A stretch of DNA of 64,000 bases from Eubacteriales bacterium. Lineage in GTDB: Bacteria; Bacillota; Clostridia; Oscillospirales; CAG-272. Where the stretch lies: positions 52,091 to 116,090 of the forward strand of contig JAZNZE010000054.1 in NCBI GenBank assembly GCA_045594785.1. Reading direction: 5' to 3'. The notes beneath the pieces were generated by a model that had not been told where the DNA came from, ran no database searches, and worked only from the letters and a program-made list of their open reading frames with translations. This document shows, one piece after another, positions 36,359-46,300 of the stretch. A program made the position numbers and the translations under genes. The stretch's first letter is position 1. The number at the start of each line of letters is the position of its first letter.

Positions 36359-37351
36359 ATGATAGATACCTTTTTAGCTACTTTAAATCCAATGCTTACT
36401 CTTTTTATATGCATTGCGGTTGGATTTATAGTCAGAAAAGCAAACCTTCTGCCCGAGGATTCGGGTACGGTTATGGCTAAGCTTGAAAACTGGGTTTTCT
36501 GCCCTGCTCTCAGTTTTGCTACTATGGCAAGAAATTGCACTGTTGATTCACTTGGAACTCACGCGACAAACATAGTCCTTTCAGCCTGCGGAGTTGCTAT
36601 TGCTATAGCTATAGCGATTCCTCTTGCCTGTGTTTTCGTTAAGAAAAAATGCCCGGAGCGTGGCGTTTATATGTATGCTCTCGCTTTTGCTAACAGCGGA
36701 TACATAGGAGACCCGGTAGTTCTTGCTCTTTTCGGTGATATCGGTCTTTTCTATTACAAGCTTTTCTGCCTTCCCGTAACCATTATGATATACACCTGGG
36801 GTATAAGCGTTATGCTTCCTTCATCGAAAAAAAGCAAAATAGCCTCTTTGAAGAAGATACTCAATCCCCCTACGATTGCAATGCTTTTGGGTATAGCTGT
36901 TGGTCTTTCGGGACTTGGCGCTCATATTCCGACACCGTTAAACAGCGCTCTTGATTCTCTAAAGGCTTGTATGGGCCCGGTTGCGATGCTGCTTGCGGGA
37001 TTTACTATTGCAAGCTACAGCTTTGTCGGTATGCTTAAAAAGAAAAAGGTTTATATTGCGACATTCCTTCGCCTTTTCATTCTTCCTTCTATAATTATAG
37101 GCTGTCTTTTTGGAATAAAGGAGCTTGGAAACCTTATATTTGATATGAATATTGGTAACAACGTGCTCTTCCTTTGCTTCTTTGCTACGGCAGCACCTCT
37201 CGGTCTGAACACGGTTGTGTTCCCGAAGGCTTACGGAGGAGATCCCGAAACCGGCGCAAGTATGGCTATGATTTCACACACGCTATGTGTTCTCTCAATT
37301 CCGCTGATGTACGCGCTTATGATAGCTATTTTCGGTCAGCCTACATTTTAA
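36359..37351 (+). CDS. AEC (auxin efflux carrier) family permease
   Basis: About 10 TM segments with the two-lobe architecture typical of AEC/malate-permease-like proteins. ATG 36359 follows GGAGAAG. Confidence 0.7.
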   Translation: MIDTFLATLNPMLTLFICIAVGFIVRKANLLPEDSGTVMAKLENWVFCPALSFATMARNCTVDSLGTHATNIVLSACGVAIAIAIAIPLACVFVKKKCPERGVYMYALAFANSGYIGDPVVLALFGDIGLFYYKLFCLPVTIMIYTWGISVMLPSSKKSKIASLKKILNPPTIAMLLGIAVGLSGLGAHIPTPLNSALDSLKACMGPVAMLLAGFTIASYSFVGMLKKKKVYIATFLRLFILPSIIIGCLFGIKELGNLIFDMNIGNNVLFLCFFATAAPLGLNTVVFPKAYGGDPETGASMAMISHTLCVLSIPLMYALMIAIFGQPTF

Positions 37352-37370
37352 CGATAAAAAATCACTTATG

Positions 37371-37407
37371 GCACAAAAGCTCATAAGTGATTTTTTGTTT
37401 ATTTACT
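37371..37407. terminator. Bidirectional terminator between the AEC gene and metA
   Basis: ATCACTTATG-loop-CATAAGTGAT flanked by A and T runs. It overlaps the last codons of metA. Confidence 0.7.
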
Positions 37408-38325
37408 TTTAGAAACAGACGTTATATCATACGGTGTCGTCTGATATACGAAATAGTTAAGCCAATTTGAAAAAAGAAGATTGGCATGAGCGCGCCAGCT
37501 TACGATGGGCGCTTTTTTTGGGTTATCTCCGGGGAAATAATTCTTGGGAATACTTATAGGCTTGCCCTGGGTAAGATCACGCAGGTATTCGCCTTTAAGT
37601 GTTTCGGCATCATACTCGCTGTGTCCTGTGATAAAAATATTTCTTCCCTTTTTATTCATTACGGCATAAACTCCGGCTTCTTCTGAGGTCGAGAGAATTT
37701 TCAGCTCCGGCACTGCCTCTATATCCTCAGCCTTCACGGTGGTATGCCTTGAGTGCGGAATCATAAAACTATCGTCAAATCCGCGGAAAAGTATAGAACG
37801 TTTATAATCTACTTTGTGCGGAAATACACCAAAAAGCTTTTCGGAAAGGGGATACTTCTTTATTCCGTAGTGATAATAAAGTCCTGCCTGAGCCCCCCAG
37901 CATATATGAAGGGTGCTATGAACGTGAGTTTTTGACCACTCCATTATTTCGGTAAGCTCTTCCCAATATTCTACCTCTTCAAATTCCATATGCTCAACAG
38001 GCGCACCTGTAATAATAAATCCGTCATAAAAGTTTTCCCTGACCTCGTCAAAGGTTTTATAAAAGGCGAGCAGATGCTCCTCTGCAACGTTCTTGGATTT
38101 ATGGCTTTTTGTATGAATCAATTCAAGCTCTACCTGAAGCGGTGTGTTTCCGAGAAGTCTCGAAAACTGTGTTTCTGTTTCGATTTTTTTCGGCATAAGA
38201 TTCAGAAGCAGAATTTTAAGAGGACGTATATCCTGCGTTATAGCTCTGGTTTCGGTCATAACGAAGATGTTCTCATCTGTCAAAACCTTTACCGCCGGCA
38301 AATCATTTGGTATCTTAATAGGCAT
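37399..38325 (-). CDS. metA: Homoserine O-acyltransferase MetA (acetyl or succinyl)
   Basis: [23 protein letters not shown]...[10 protein letters not shown]...[15 protein letters not shown] is characteristic of MetA. Confidence 0.9.
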   Translation of the reverse strand: MPIKIPNDLPAVKVLTDENIFVMTETRAITQDIRPLKILLLNLMPKKIETETQFSRLLGNTPLQVELELIHTKSHKSKNVAEEHLLAFYKTFDEVRENFYDGFIITGAPVEHMEFEEVEYWEELTEIMEWSKTHVHSTLHICWGAQAGLYYHYGIKKYPLSEKLFGVFPHKVDYKRSILFRGFDDSFMIPHSRHTTVKAEDIEAVPELKILSTSEEAGVYAVMNKKGRNIFITGHSEYDAETLKGEYLRDLTQGKPISIPKNYFPGDNPKKAPIVSWRAHANLLFSNWLNYFVYQTTPYDITSVSKSK

Positions 38326-38342
38326 TTTATTATATTCCTACC

Positions 38343-39626
38343 TTAAATTTTTGAAAGAGCCTGCTCTATATCGGCAATTAGGTCCTCGTAGCTTTCAAGT
38401 CCGCAGGAAAGTCGAACAAGATCGGAAGGAACGCCTGCCGCAGTAAGCTCTTCCTCGTTCATCTGTCTATGGGTGGTGCTTGCCGGATGCAGACAGCAGG
38501 AGCGAGCGTCCGCAACGTGAGTTTCTATAGCGCAAATTCTAAGTGCGCTCATAAACTTCTCAGCAGCCTCTCTGCCGCCCTTTATTCCAAAGCTTACAAC
38601 ACCGCAGGTGCCGTTCGGCATATATTTTTTCGCAAGGTCGTAGTACTTATTTGATTTAAGACCGGGATAGTTTACCCAGGAGATATTTTCGTTTGCCTCG
38701 AGAAACTCGGCAACCTTCTGCGCATTAAGACAGTGACGCTCCATGCGAACGTGAAGGCTTTCAAGTCCGAGATTCAAAAGATATGCGCTTTGAGGAGACT
38801 GAGTGCTTCCAAAATCACGCATAAGCTGAGCTGTTGCCTTATAGATAAATGCGCCCTCTTTACCAAATCTCTCAGCATAGGTTACTCCGTGATAACTGTC
38901 GTCCGGGGTACAGAGACCCGGGAATTTCTCCTTATGAGCCATCCAGTCAAAGTTGCCCGAATCAACTATGCAGCCGCCTACTGCGCTGCCGTGACCGTCC
39001 ATATATTTGGTGGTCGAATGAGTTACTATATCAGCACCGTGCTCGAAGGGACGGCAATTTACAGGAGTTGCAAAGGTATTATCTATGATAAGCGGAACAC
39101 CGTTTGCATGCGCTGCCTTAGCAAATTTCTCTATATCAAGAACTGTGAGCGCAGGGTTTGCAAGGGTTTCGCCAAAAACAGCCTTCGTATTGGGTTTGAA
39201 TTCCTTGCACAGATCCTCATAGCTTATATCAGGATCAACAAAGGTGAACTCTATGCCCATCTTCTTCATAGTTACGGCAAAAAGATTATAAGTTCCACCA
39301 TAGATGCTTGCAGAGGAAATTACGTGATCGCCTACGTTTGCGATGTTGAAAACCGAGAAAAAGGAAGCTGCCTGTCCGGAGGAAAGAAGCATAGCAGCCG
39401 TTCCACCCTCAAGCTCGCATATCTTTGCAGCTACGGTATCACAGGTGGGGTTTTGAAGACGTGAGTAAAAATATCCTGATGCTTCAAGGTCAAAAAGCTT
39501 ACCCATATCCTCGCCGGTTGCATACTTAAACGTGGTGCTCTGTATAATCGGAATCTGACGGGGCTCACCGTTTCCGGGAGTATATCCGCCCTGTACGCAT
39601 TTGGTTTCAATTCTGTAGTTTTTCAT
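38343..39626 (-). CDS. metY: O-acetylhomoserine sulfhydrylase (PLP-dependent, Cys/Met metabolism family)
   Basis: ETKCVQGGY, and HSTTKYMDGHG containing the PLP lysine. Start taken at ATG 39626 (MKNYRIE); 39638 is also possible. Confidence 0.88.
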   Translation of the reverse strand: MKNYRIETKCVQGGYTPGNGEPRQIPIIQSTTFKYATGEDMGKLFDLEASGYFYSRLQNPTCDTVAAKICELEGGTAAMLLSSGQAASFFSVFNIANVGDHVISSASIYGGTYNLFAVTMKKMGIEFTFVDPDISYEDLCKEFKPNTKAVFGETLANPALTVLDIEKFAKAAHANGVPLIIDNTFATPVNCRPFEHGADIVTHSTTKYMDGHGSAVGGCIVDSGNFDWMAHKEKFPGLCTPDDSYHGVTYAERFGKEGAFIYKATAQLMRDFGSTQSPQSAYLLNLGLESLHVRMERHCLNAQKVAEFLEANENISWVNYPGLKSNKYYDLAKKYMPNGTCGVVSFGIKGGREAAEKFMSALRICAIETHVADARSCCLHPASTTHRQMNEEELTAAGVPSDLVRLSCGLESYEDLIADIEQALSKI

Positions 39627-39661
39627 TTTATTTTCCATTCTTATTATATAAGTTTTATTTG

Positions 39662-39690
39662 ATAATATCACAAATAAGTTTTACTGTCAA
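39662..39690 (-). promoter_or_regulatory. Sigma-A promoter of metY-metA
   Basis: Minus strand: TTGACA (39685-39690), 17-bp spacer, TATTAT (39662-39667). This leaves only about a 30-nt leader. Confidence 0.6.
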
Positions 39691-39695
39691 CAGTA

Positions 39696-40274
39696 TTATA
39701 CAGTTTCTTTCATTTTAAGTCGGATAACCGTTTTTTCTTCCTGAATTTCGCTTTTCAAAGATACGTATTCATATTCTCCGCTAAATTTTTCGGCTTTAAA
39801 GACGGTATCAATATCGCTTTCGTCTACTCCGAAATACTTAAGCAGGGATTTGAGCGTTTTCTTACCTCCGATTGCTTTTCCTCTAAAGAGATAAATATCA
39901 ACGGGCACGTAATTCTCGTCATCCTTTATCCAGCTAAGCTCCGGCGGCTTGCCGTCATTTCCAAAAAGCTCAACTCTTATCCTTCTTTTTCCGTACGAGG
40001 TGAGTATAAGCTCTTTCCCTTCGTTAATTTCAGCATGGTCTCGGGAGGAATACAACCCGTGATACCTGATTTCCTCAAACGAGATACTGATTGCTCTGAA
40101 AAAGTAAACGAAAATAAAAAGCATTGACAAACCAAGAAAAATCAAAAGAGGATAAAGCTTTGTAAGCTCATCTGAATACTGATTATAATGTAGTGTAATT
40201 GCAAATAGTATAATAATCGGTATTTCGGTTAAATATACCCTTATTCTTGTACAAAACAAATATTTTTTTCTCAT
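39696..40274 (-). CDS. Hypothetical membrane protein (two N-terminal TM helices plus a soluble C-domain)
   Basis: Hydrophobic segments IPIIILFAITL and LYPLLIFLGLSMLFIFVYFF. No recognisable domain. Confidence 0.5.
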   Translation of the reverse strand: MRKKYLFCTRIRVYLTEIPIIILFAITLHYNQYSDELTKLYPLLIFLGLSMLFIFVYFFRAISISFEEIRYHGLYSSRDHAEINEGKELILTSYGKRRIRVELFGNDGKPPELSWIKDDENYVPVDIYLFRGKAIGGKKTLKSLLKYFGVDESDIDTVFKAEKFSGEYEYVSLKSEIQEEKTVIRLKMKETV

Positions 40275-40304
40275 TTTTCGTCCTATAAATACACTTTTTA
40301 GGAA

Positions 40305-40334
40305 AGCGCCTGCAAATTTTCATTTACAGGCGCT
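40305..40334 (-). terminator. Hairpin downstream of the giant gene (possible terminator)
   Basis: AGCGCCTG-14 nt-CAGGCGCT. The T-tail on the minus strand is weak. Confidence 0.45.
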
Positions 40335-40372
40335 CCCCACTTTAATTTGCGTTTTGTGTCTGTTAAGACCGA

Positions 40373-43300
40373 TTAATCGATGTATATTTCCGCAAGTCCG
40401 CCTGCAAGTCCTATCATCTTGATTGCGGTAATTGAGAATTTATCTGCCACTATCGTAAGACGCTTATTCATTACGCCGCGAGCAAGAATCTTTACTCTCT
40501 CTGCTTTGGCGTTTATGAGCTTCTTTTCTTTTAAGTCTTTTATGGTTACGGTATCACCGTCTGCAAAATTTTCGCAGATGGTATCAAGATTAACCTCATA
40601 TAGCTTCTTAGACAGCGGTTTCTGTTCAGGAAGATGCTTTACTTTTTCAACAAATTTTTCTGCCTCTTCGTCTGCAACTATAGTATTTGCGGTTTCAGGG
40701 TCGGCAAAAATCACTTCTTCAACGGGAGCTTCTTCCTCGGCGGGAATTTCTTCCTCAGCGGGAGCTTCTTCCTCGGCTGGAGCTTCTTCCTCTGCGGGAG
40801 TTTCTTCCTCGGCTGGAGCTTCTTCCTCTGCGGGAGATTCTTCCTCGGTGGGAACTTCTTCCTCTGCGGGAGATTCTTCCTCGGTGGGAACTTCTTCCTC
40901 TGCTGGAGCTTCTTCCTCGATGGGAGTTTCTTCCTCTGCTGGAGCTTCTTCCTCGGCGGGAATTTCTTCCTCAGCGGGAGCTTCTTCCTCAGCGGGAGTT
41001 TCTTCCTCGGCTGGAGATTCTTCCTCGGCGGGAGATTCTTCCTCGGCGGGAGATTCTTCCTCAACGGGAATTTCTTCCTCAGCTGGAGCTTCTTCCTCGG
41101 CGGGAGCTTCTTCCTCTGCGGGAGATTCTTCCTCTGCGGGAGATTCTTCCTCAGCTGGAGCTTCTTCCTCGGCTGGAGCTTCTTCCTCAGCGGGAGATTC
41201 TTCTACATTATCAACTCTCTCGATTACTGTATTTTCATCGATAACCACACCTTCCGGAAGAATAAGCTTAACAAGGTCGCGCTCGTAAAGAGCATCGTTA
41301 GATTCATAGGGCATATGATAATCTACGCTCGGAATCTCGCCTTGAAGAATTCCGTTATTTTTCATAACTTCATCGATAAGCTCTATTGCATATTTAAGTG
41401 CTCTGTCACTCTTGACCTTAAGCATCATAGGAACTTTATCAAGCTTGGGTTTATCAGAAACATCAACAAAATGATACTTGCTTGCGCTATAATCTGCCGG
41501 ATTAAGAGCGAGATAAACGAGAAGTGCACTACCCTTTACGTTAAGCTTCACACATTGAGTTCTACCTAGATTGAAGGACTCAAAATTCCAGCTCGACCTA
41601 GCTTTAACGCCTTTGTAAGAGAGAATATGATTTTTTATTGCAGTATAGTAATCCTGTATAGAATCATCCGACTGAATAAGTCTTGACATGTAAGAGGTTC
41701 TGTAGCGAACAGGAACAAGCGTTCCGTTAATCAAACGTTGCTCCGACATATCTTCACCGTCTAAAAAAGCTATAGGTGTTTCTTCGACAGGTGCAGGCTC
41801 TTCGGTTGCTTTAGGCTCTTCAGTTACTTCAGGTTCTTCAGCTACTTCGGGCTCTTCAACTACTTCAGGCTCTTCAACTACTTCAGGCTCTTCAGTTACT
41901 TCGGGTTCTTCAGCTACTTCAGGCTCTTCGGCTACTTCGGGCTCTTCAGCTACTTCGGGCTCTTCAGCTACTTCAGGCTCTTCAGCTACTTCAAGCTCTT
42001 CAGCTACTTCAGGCTCTTCAGCTACTTCAGGCTCTTCAACCACTTCAGGCTCTTCAGCTACTTCGGGTTCTTCAACTACTTCGGGTTCTTCAGCTACTTC
42101 AGGCTCTTCAGTTACTTCGGGCTCTTCAGTTACTTCGGGCTCTTCAGTTACTTCGGGCTCTTCGATTGCTTTAGGTTCTTCAGCAATAACCGTTTCGGTT
42201 ATTCTTACGTTTCCTTTAGCAACGTGAAGAACTATGCGCATAGGCGCGAGTGTGATAGCCGGCTTTGGCTCAGCAGCGGCAGGAGCTTCAACTGCTTCTG
42301 CTTCTTCTGCTGTTTCTACCTCTGCAGACTCTTCTTCAGCATCGAAAGGCTCATCAGGTACAAGCTCCTCGTGTGTAGGCTCAAAGGTCTCATAAGAAGC
42401 CACTTGTGCTTCTGCCTCCGGCTCAAAAGCAGGTATCTGCTCTGCTTCTTCTTCCGAATCAGATTCGGAAGAAGGAGTTGATATTGCAATCATATTAATC
42501 GCAGGCTTCGCCTTTGCTGCTGCTCTTTCAGGAGTAGGAGTAACGTTTTTAACAACAACTCTGGGAGTTGCAAATACTCTGGGATCTTCTTGCGCGATTT
42601 TTTCCTTTTCAGGCTCAGCGGGAACGACAACCTCTACAGCTTTAGGTGCATCTTCTGCAGGCGCTGCTTCACCTACTTGAGGCTGAACTACAGGCTCAGC
42701 TTCTGTAGAAACAGGAACATAAGCTGCGGCAAACAAGGAATTTGCCGAGTTATTAAGTGCAGAAACGGGAGCTTCAAAACCGGAAACGTCCTCATACGTC
42801 TCAGGCTCAGGCTCTTTTTCGGTTTTCGAAACCGGCACAACCGCTGCAACTACGGAAGGTTTCCAATACGACTGAGGCTGAGGAGCGGGTTCTGCTTCAT
42901 CAGCGGCAGGTGACTTAACAGCGGAAGGCTCGTTTGGTGTGAACAGTGCATTCGCTGAGTTATTAAGCTCAGAAACGGGAGATTCAAAATCAGGAACATC
43001 TTCATACGTATCAATCTCGGGTTTCTTTTTGCTTTTTGAAATGGGAACGACCGCGGCTGCAACTACGGGTGCTGCCGAAGGCTTCCAATAAGCGCGAGAC
43101 TGCGGAGCAGCTTCTGCTTCGTCAGGAAGACGCGATTTAACGCCGGAAGGCTCGTTTTGTGCGAACAATGCATTTGTAGAATTATTAAGACTATTAAGCG
43201 GATCCTCGAAGAGCGATGACTCTGACAAGCCTTCCGGTTCTTCTACGCGCTCTGATGCATTTACAGGAATCATTGCGGCAGCAAACATCGCTTTTTCAGG

Positions 43301-46300
43301 AGCTCTTCTTGAAACCGGCTCTTCAATATACGGTTCATCGTTTATCAACTGAGGATCCTCAGGCTGATAGCTCTGAGCGGGCATCCAACGGGATTCGTGC
43401 TGCTCCGGTCTGTTAGCAAGCTTCGATTTCGGAGCGGCTGCATTTGCCGCAAACATAGCATTTGTTGAATCGTTAAGACCAAACGTGGGGTCTTCAAATT
43501 CATTAGCCGGATCATCAAAGGAATATGTTTTCGGCATATACTTGGACTGCGCTGTTGATGCCGCTTCATACTCGTCTGCACGCTTAGATTTTTTCACAGG
43601 AATGACAGCTGCTGCAACGAAAGGCGCTGCGGCACGTCTCGAAGAAGTTTCTTGATTTTCGGGCATATATCTCTGCCTCGAATCTCTTGTGTTCGTTTCA
43701 AGAGGCGCAACATTTGAGGTAAACAGTGAATCCGTGGTATTGCGAAGCTGGGAAATAGGCTCGTCAAATCCCTCGTTTTCCGATGAAGGCGCGTGCCTAT
43801 GCTCCGGTGTCCATATAGAATTTTTTCTTTCCGACAGGTTTGCACGTCTGCCGTTTCTAGCAGAAACAGCAGCTACAGCAGTATCATCATCGTCAAAAGA
43901 ACGGCGGCTGGATACGCTTTCATACTCCTGATAGTCTTCATAATCACTATATTCTTTTGCTTGGTTTGCTACCGGCATTTGACGCTCTTGCGCGTCAAAT
44001 GCCGTTTCTTTCCCCGAGCGCTTTGATCTCCCGGAATGCTGACCATCGTCATTATCGTAATACGAATCGTCAGAATCCTTCTTGCCCTTTGCATTTCTTC
44101 TTATCTTCATCTTTCTGGAGAATATAAATACAATAAATAGGAAGAGAAGAACGAGAATAACTATAAGAGCTATTGTGAGCCAGGGTGTTTTTTTCTTATC
44201 ATCCGTAGGATTCTGCGGAGGAATAATCTCCGGGGGAGCATCGGTTATATCAACAACTGCATATACGGAGAAATGAGTGGTATGGAACACAAGATAATCA
44301 CCATCGCGAGAAACAAGCTCGTTATCGATAGGCTCTATCGTTCCGTCATCCTTAATGTGTATAACACCAAGGGTCTTTCCCTCTCCTCTGAACTGCTCAG
44401 GTATAAGAATTCTAACAATGAAATTATCACTTACAGAAGCCTGCGCACCGTCTTTAACGAAATGAATATCGTAAGCAACTACAAGCGCAACGTTCTTACC
44501 CTCGCCAAAGATACCCGTCAAATCAAGCTCCTGATAGCTTTCGGTTTTTCCTACAACGTTGACGCTGTATTCTTCGCTGATGCCGTTTTCTGCTTCAATC
44601 TTGATTATACCGTCTTCGCCGAAGGTAAATTCATTCTTGATAGAAGGCTCAAGAGGACGATCAGGTTCGGTGATATCACCGAAGCCGGGATCAGAGGGAT
44701 ACTGAGGATCATCGGGGTTGTCGGGAATATCCGGTGTGTCGGGACCGCCGGGAGTATCGGGATAATCAAAGTACGGGTCGTCTTCGGTGAGAATTATAAG
44801 ATGAGCTTCCATTGTTTGTATGGGCTGATAATTTATTTCATCACCGTGGAAAATAGCTCTTACCGTATGTACGGTTTTCGCGTCTTTATTACCCGTCTGA
44901 CCGTTACCTACATACTCTACGCTGACACCCTCGGGCAGATTTCCGCTAATGGTAATGCTGTGCGGTCTTCCGTTCCACTTTACTATCTTGTTTTCAAAGC
45001 TTATACCGCTCATATCGTAGACAGCTTTTTCGATAATCCACTCACAGCTATGTGCTGAAAGCTCATAGTCAAGATATGCGGAGGAGTTTCTTGGCAAAAG
45101 CTCTACGTTAACTACGTACGTTCCTGCATCGGTAGCGGAAAGATCTCCGGAATATCTAACCTCAAACAATTCAAGAAGCTCTGCATCAAGATGAGTGAGG
45201 TCAAGCGTGGGATAAACGGTTTTCGCAGTTCCGTCATATACGTAGGGCGCAACAGTCAACCAGTTAAGCGTTCCGATTTCGATATAAGAGCTTACTATAC
45301 GCCAAATGCAAGAATACTCTATCGTACCGTCTTCTCTTATCGAATCGCTTCCGACAAAGAAGTAGTTTTCGGAATCCTTAAGCTCAATTACAGCGGTAGC
45401 GTTATAGATGTTTACTTCACTCGCAACGTTATCCATATAGGTAACGTTTACAAGAGCGGGGTCAAAGCCCTCAATCAGTACGCTATACTCGCTTCCGTTG
45501 TTATAGATAAACGGACGGGTGTAATTCCATTTTACGTCAGATACGTCAACAGAAGCCTTGGTTATAGTCCAAGAAACCTTTCCGTTAATCGTATTAAAGC
45601 TGTGGTTTGGTTCCGACTCCTTAAGGAAAAGTCTGTAGCTTATATAGTAGGTTCCTGCATTGGTAGCCGAAAGAACACTTTCTTCCTCAATTATTTCGTA
45701 ATCAAGGAGGTTTTCGTAATTTGCAGGAAGCTTAAACGTAACCGTTTTTTCGGTACCGTCATATACAAAGGTGGACGGTGTTACAATAGGTGTAACCGTA
45801 GTGTCTGCGTCAAGAGGCTTTTTGTTAATCGTCCATGAAAATTCAAGGTCAACCGTAGTCTTACCTGCCTCGAATGAATAGTTGGAATTCTCAATCTTAA
45901 GGCTTACGTATACCTTGTATTCTCCCGCATTGGTTGCGGAGAACTCAGAACCTTCCATTACTCTGTTGATGGAAACTATGCCTTTGCTCTCGTACTCAAG
46001 CAAAGCAGAAGAGAACAGAAGCTCTACTCCCTGAGAATTGCCGTTATAGGTAAATTCGTCAGCATTTAAGCTTACGTTAATCTCGATAACCTTCGAATCA
46101 ATGAAATATTCAAACTCGGAGGTGAAATTACCGGAGATTATATAGTTTAAGGTCTCTCCCTCGGTAACCGAAACTTTAACCTTATATTGACCGACATTTA
46201 CAGGAGTATCTATGGACTCCCAGGCTTCAGTGTCAGAATTGTAAACGAAATACTCGTATACGATAAAGCCCTCTCCGTCAGCAGGAACACCTTCAAGAGT

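Noticed and set aside
40380-41569. Long plus-strand ORFs (302, 311, 185 aa; poly-Ser/Ala-Gly or Phe-Leu-Gly rich) and a 117-aa minus-strand alternate-frame ORF over the repeat array
   Set aside because: They are frame-shifted or antisense readings of the 18-bp tandem array inside the giant gene. Their periodic low-complexity sequence and lack of RBS mark them as repeat artefacts.
40715-42185. Regular 18-bp repeats that could look like a CRISPR-type array at first glance
   Set aside because: The units are contiguous with no spacers, are only 18 bp long, are in frame within an uninterrupted 10.4-kb CDS, and no cas genes are present.
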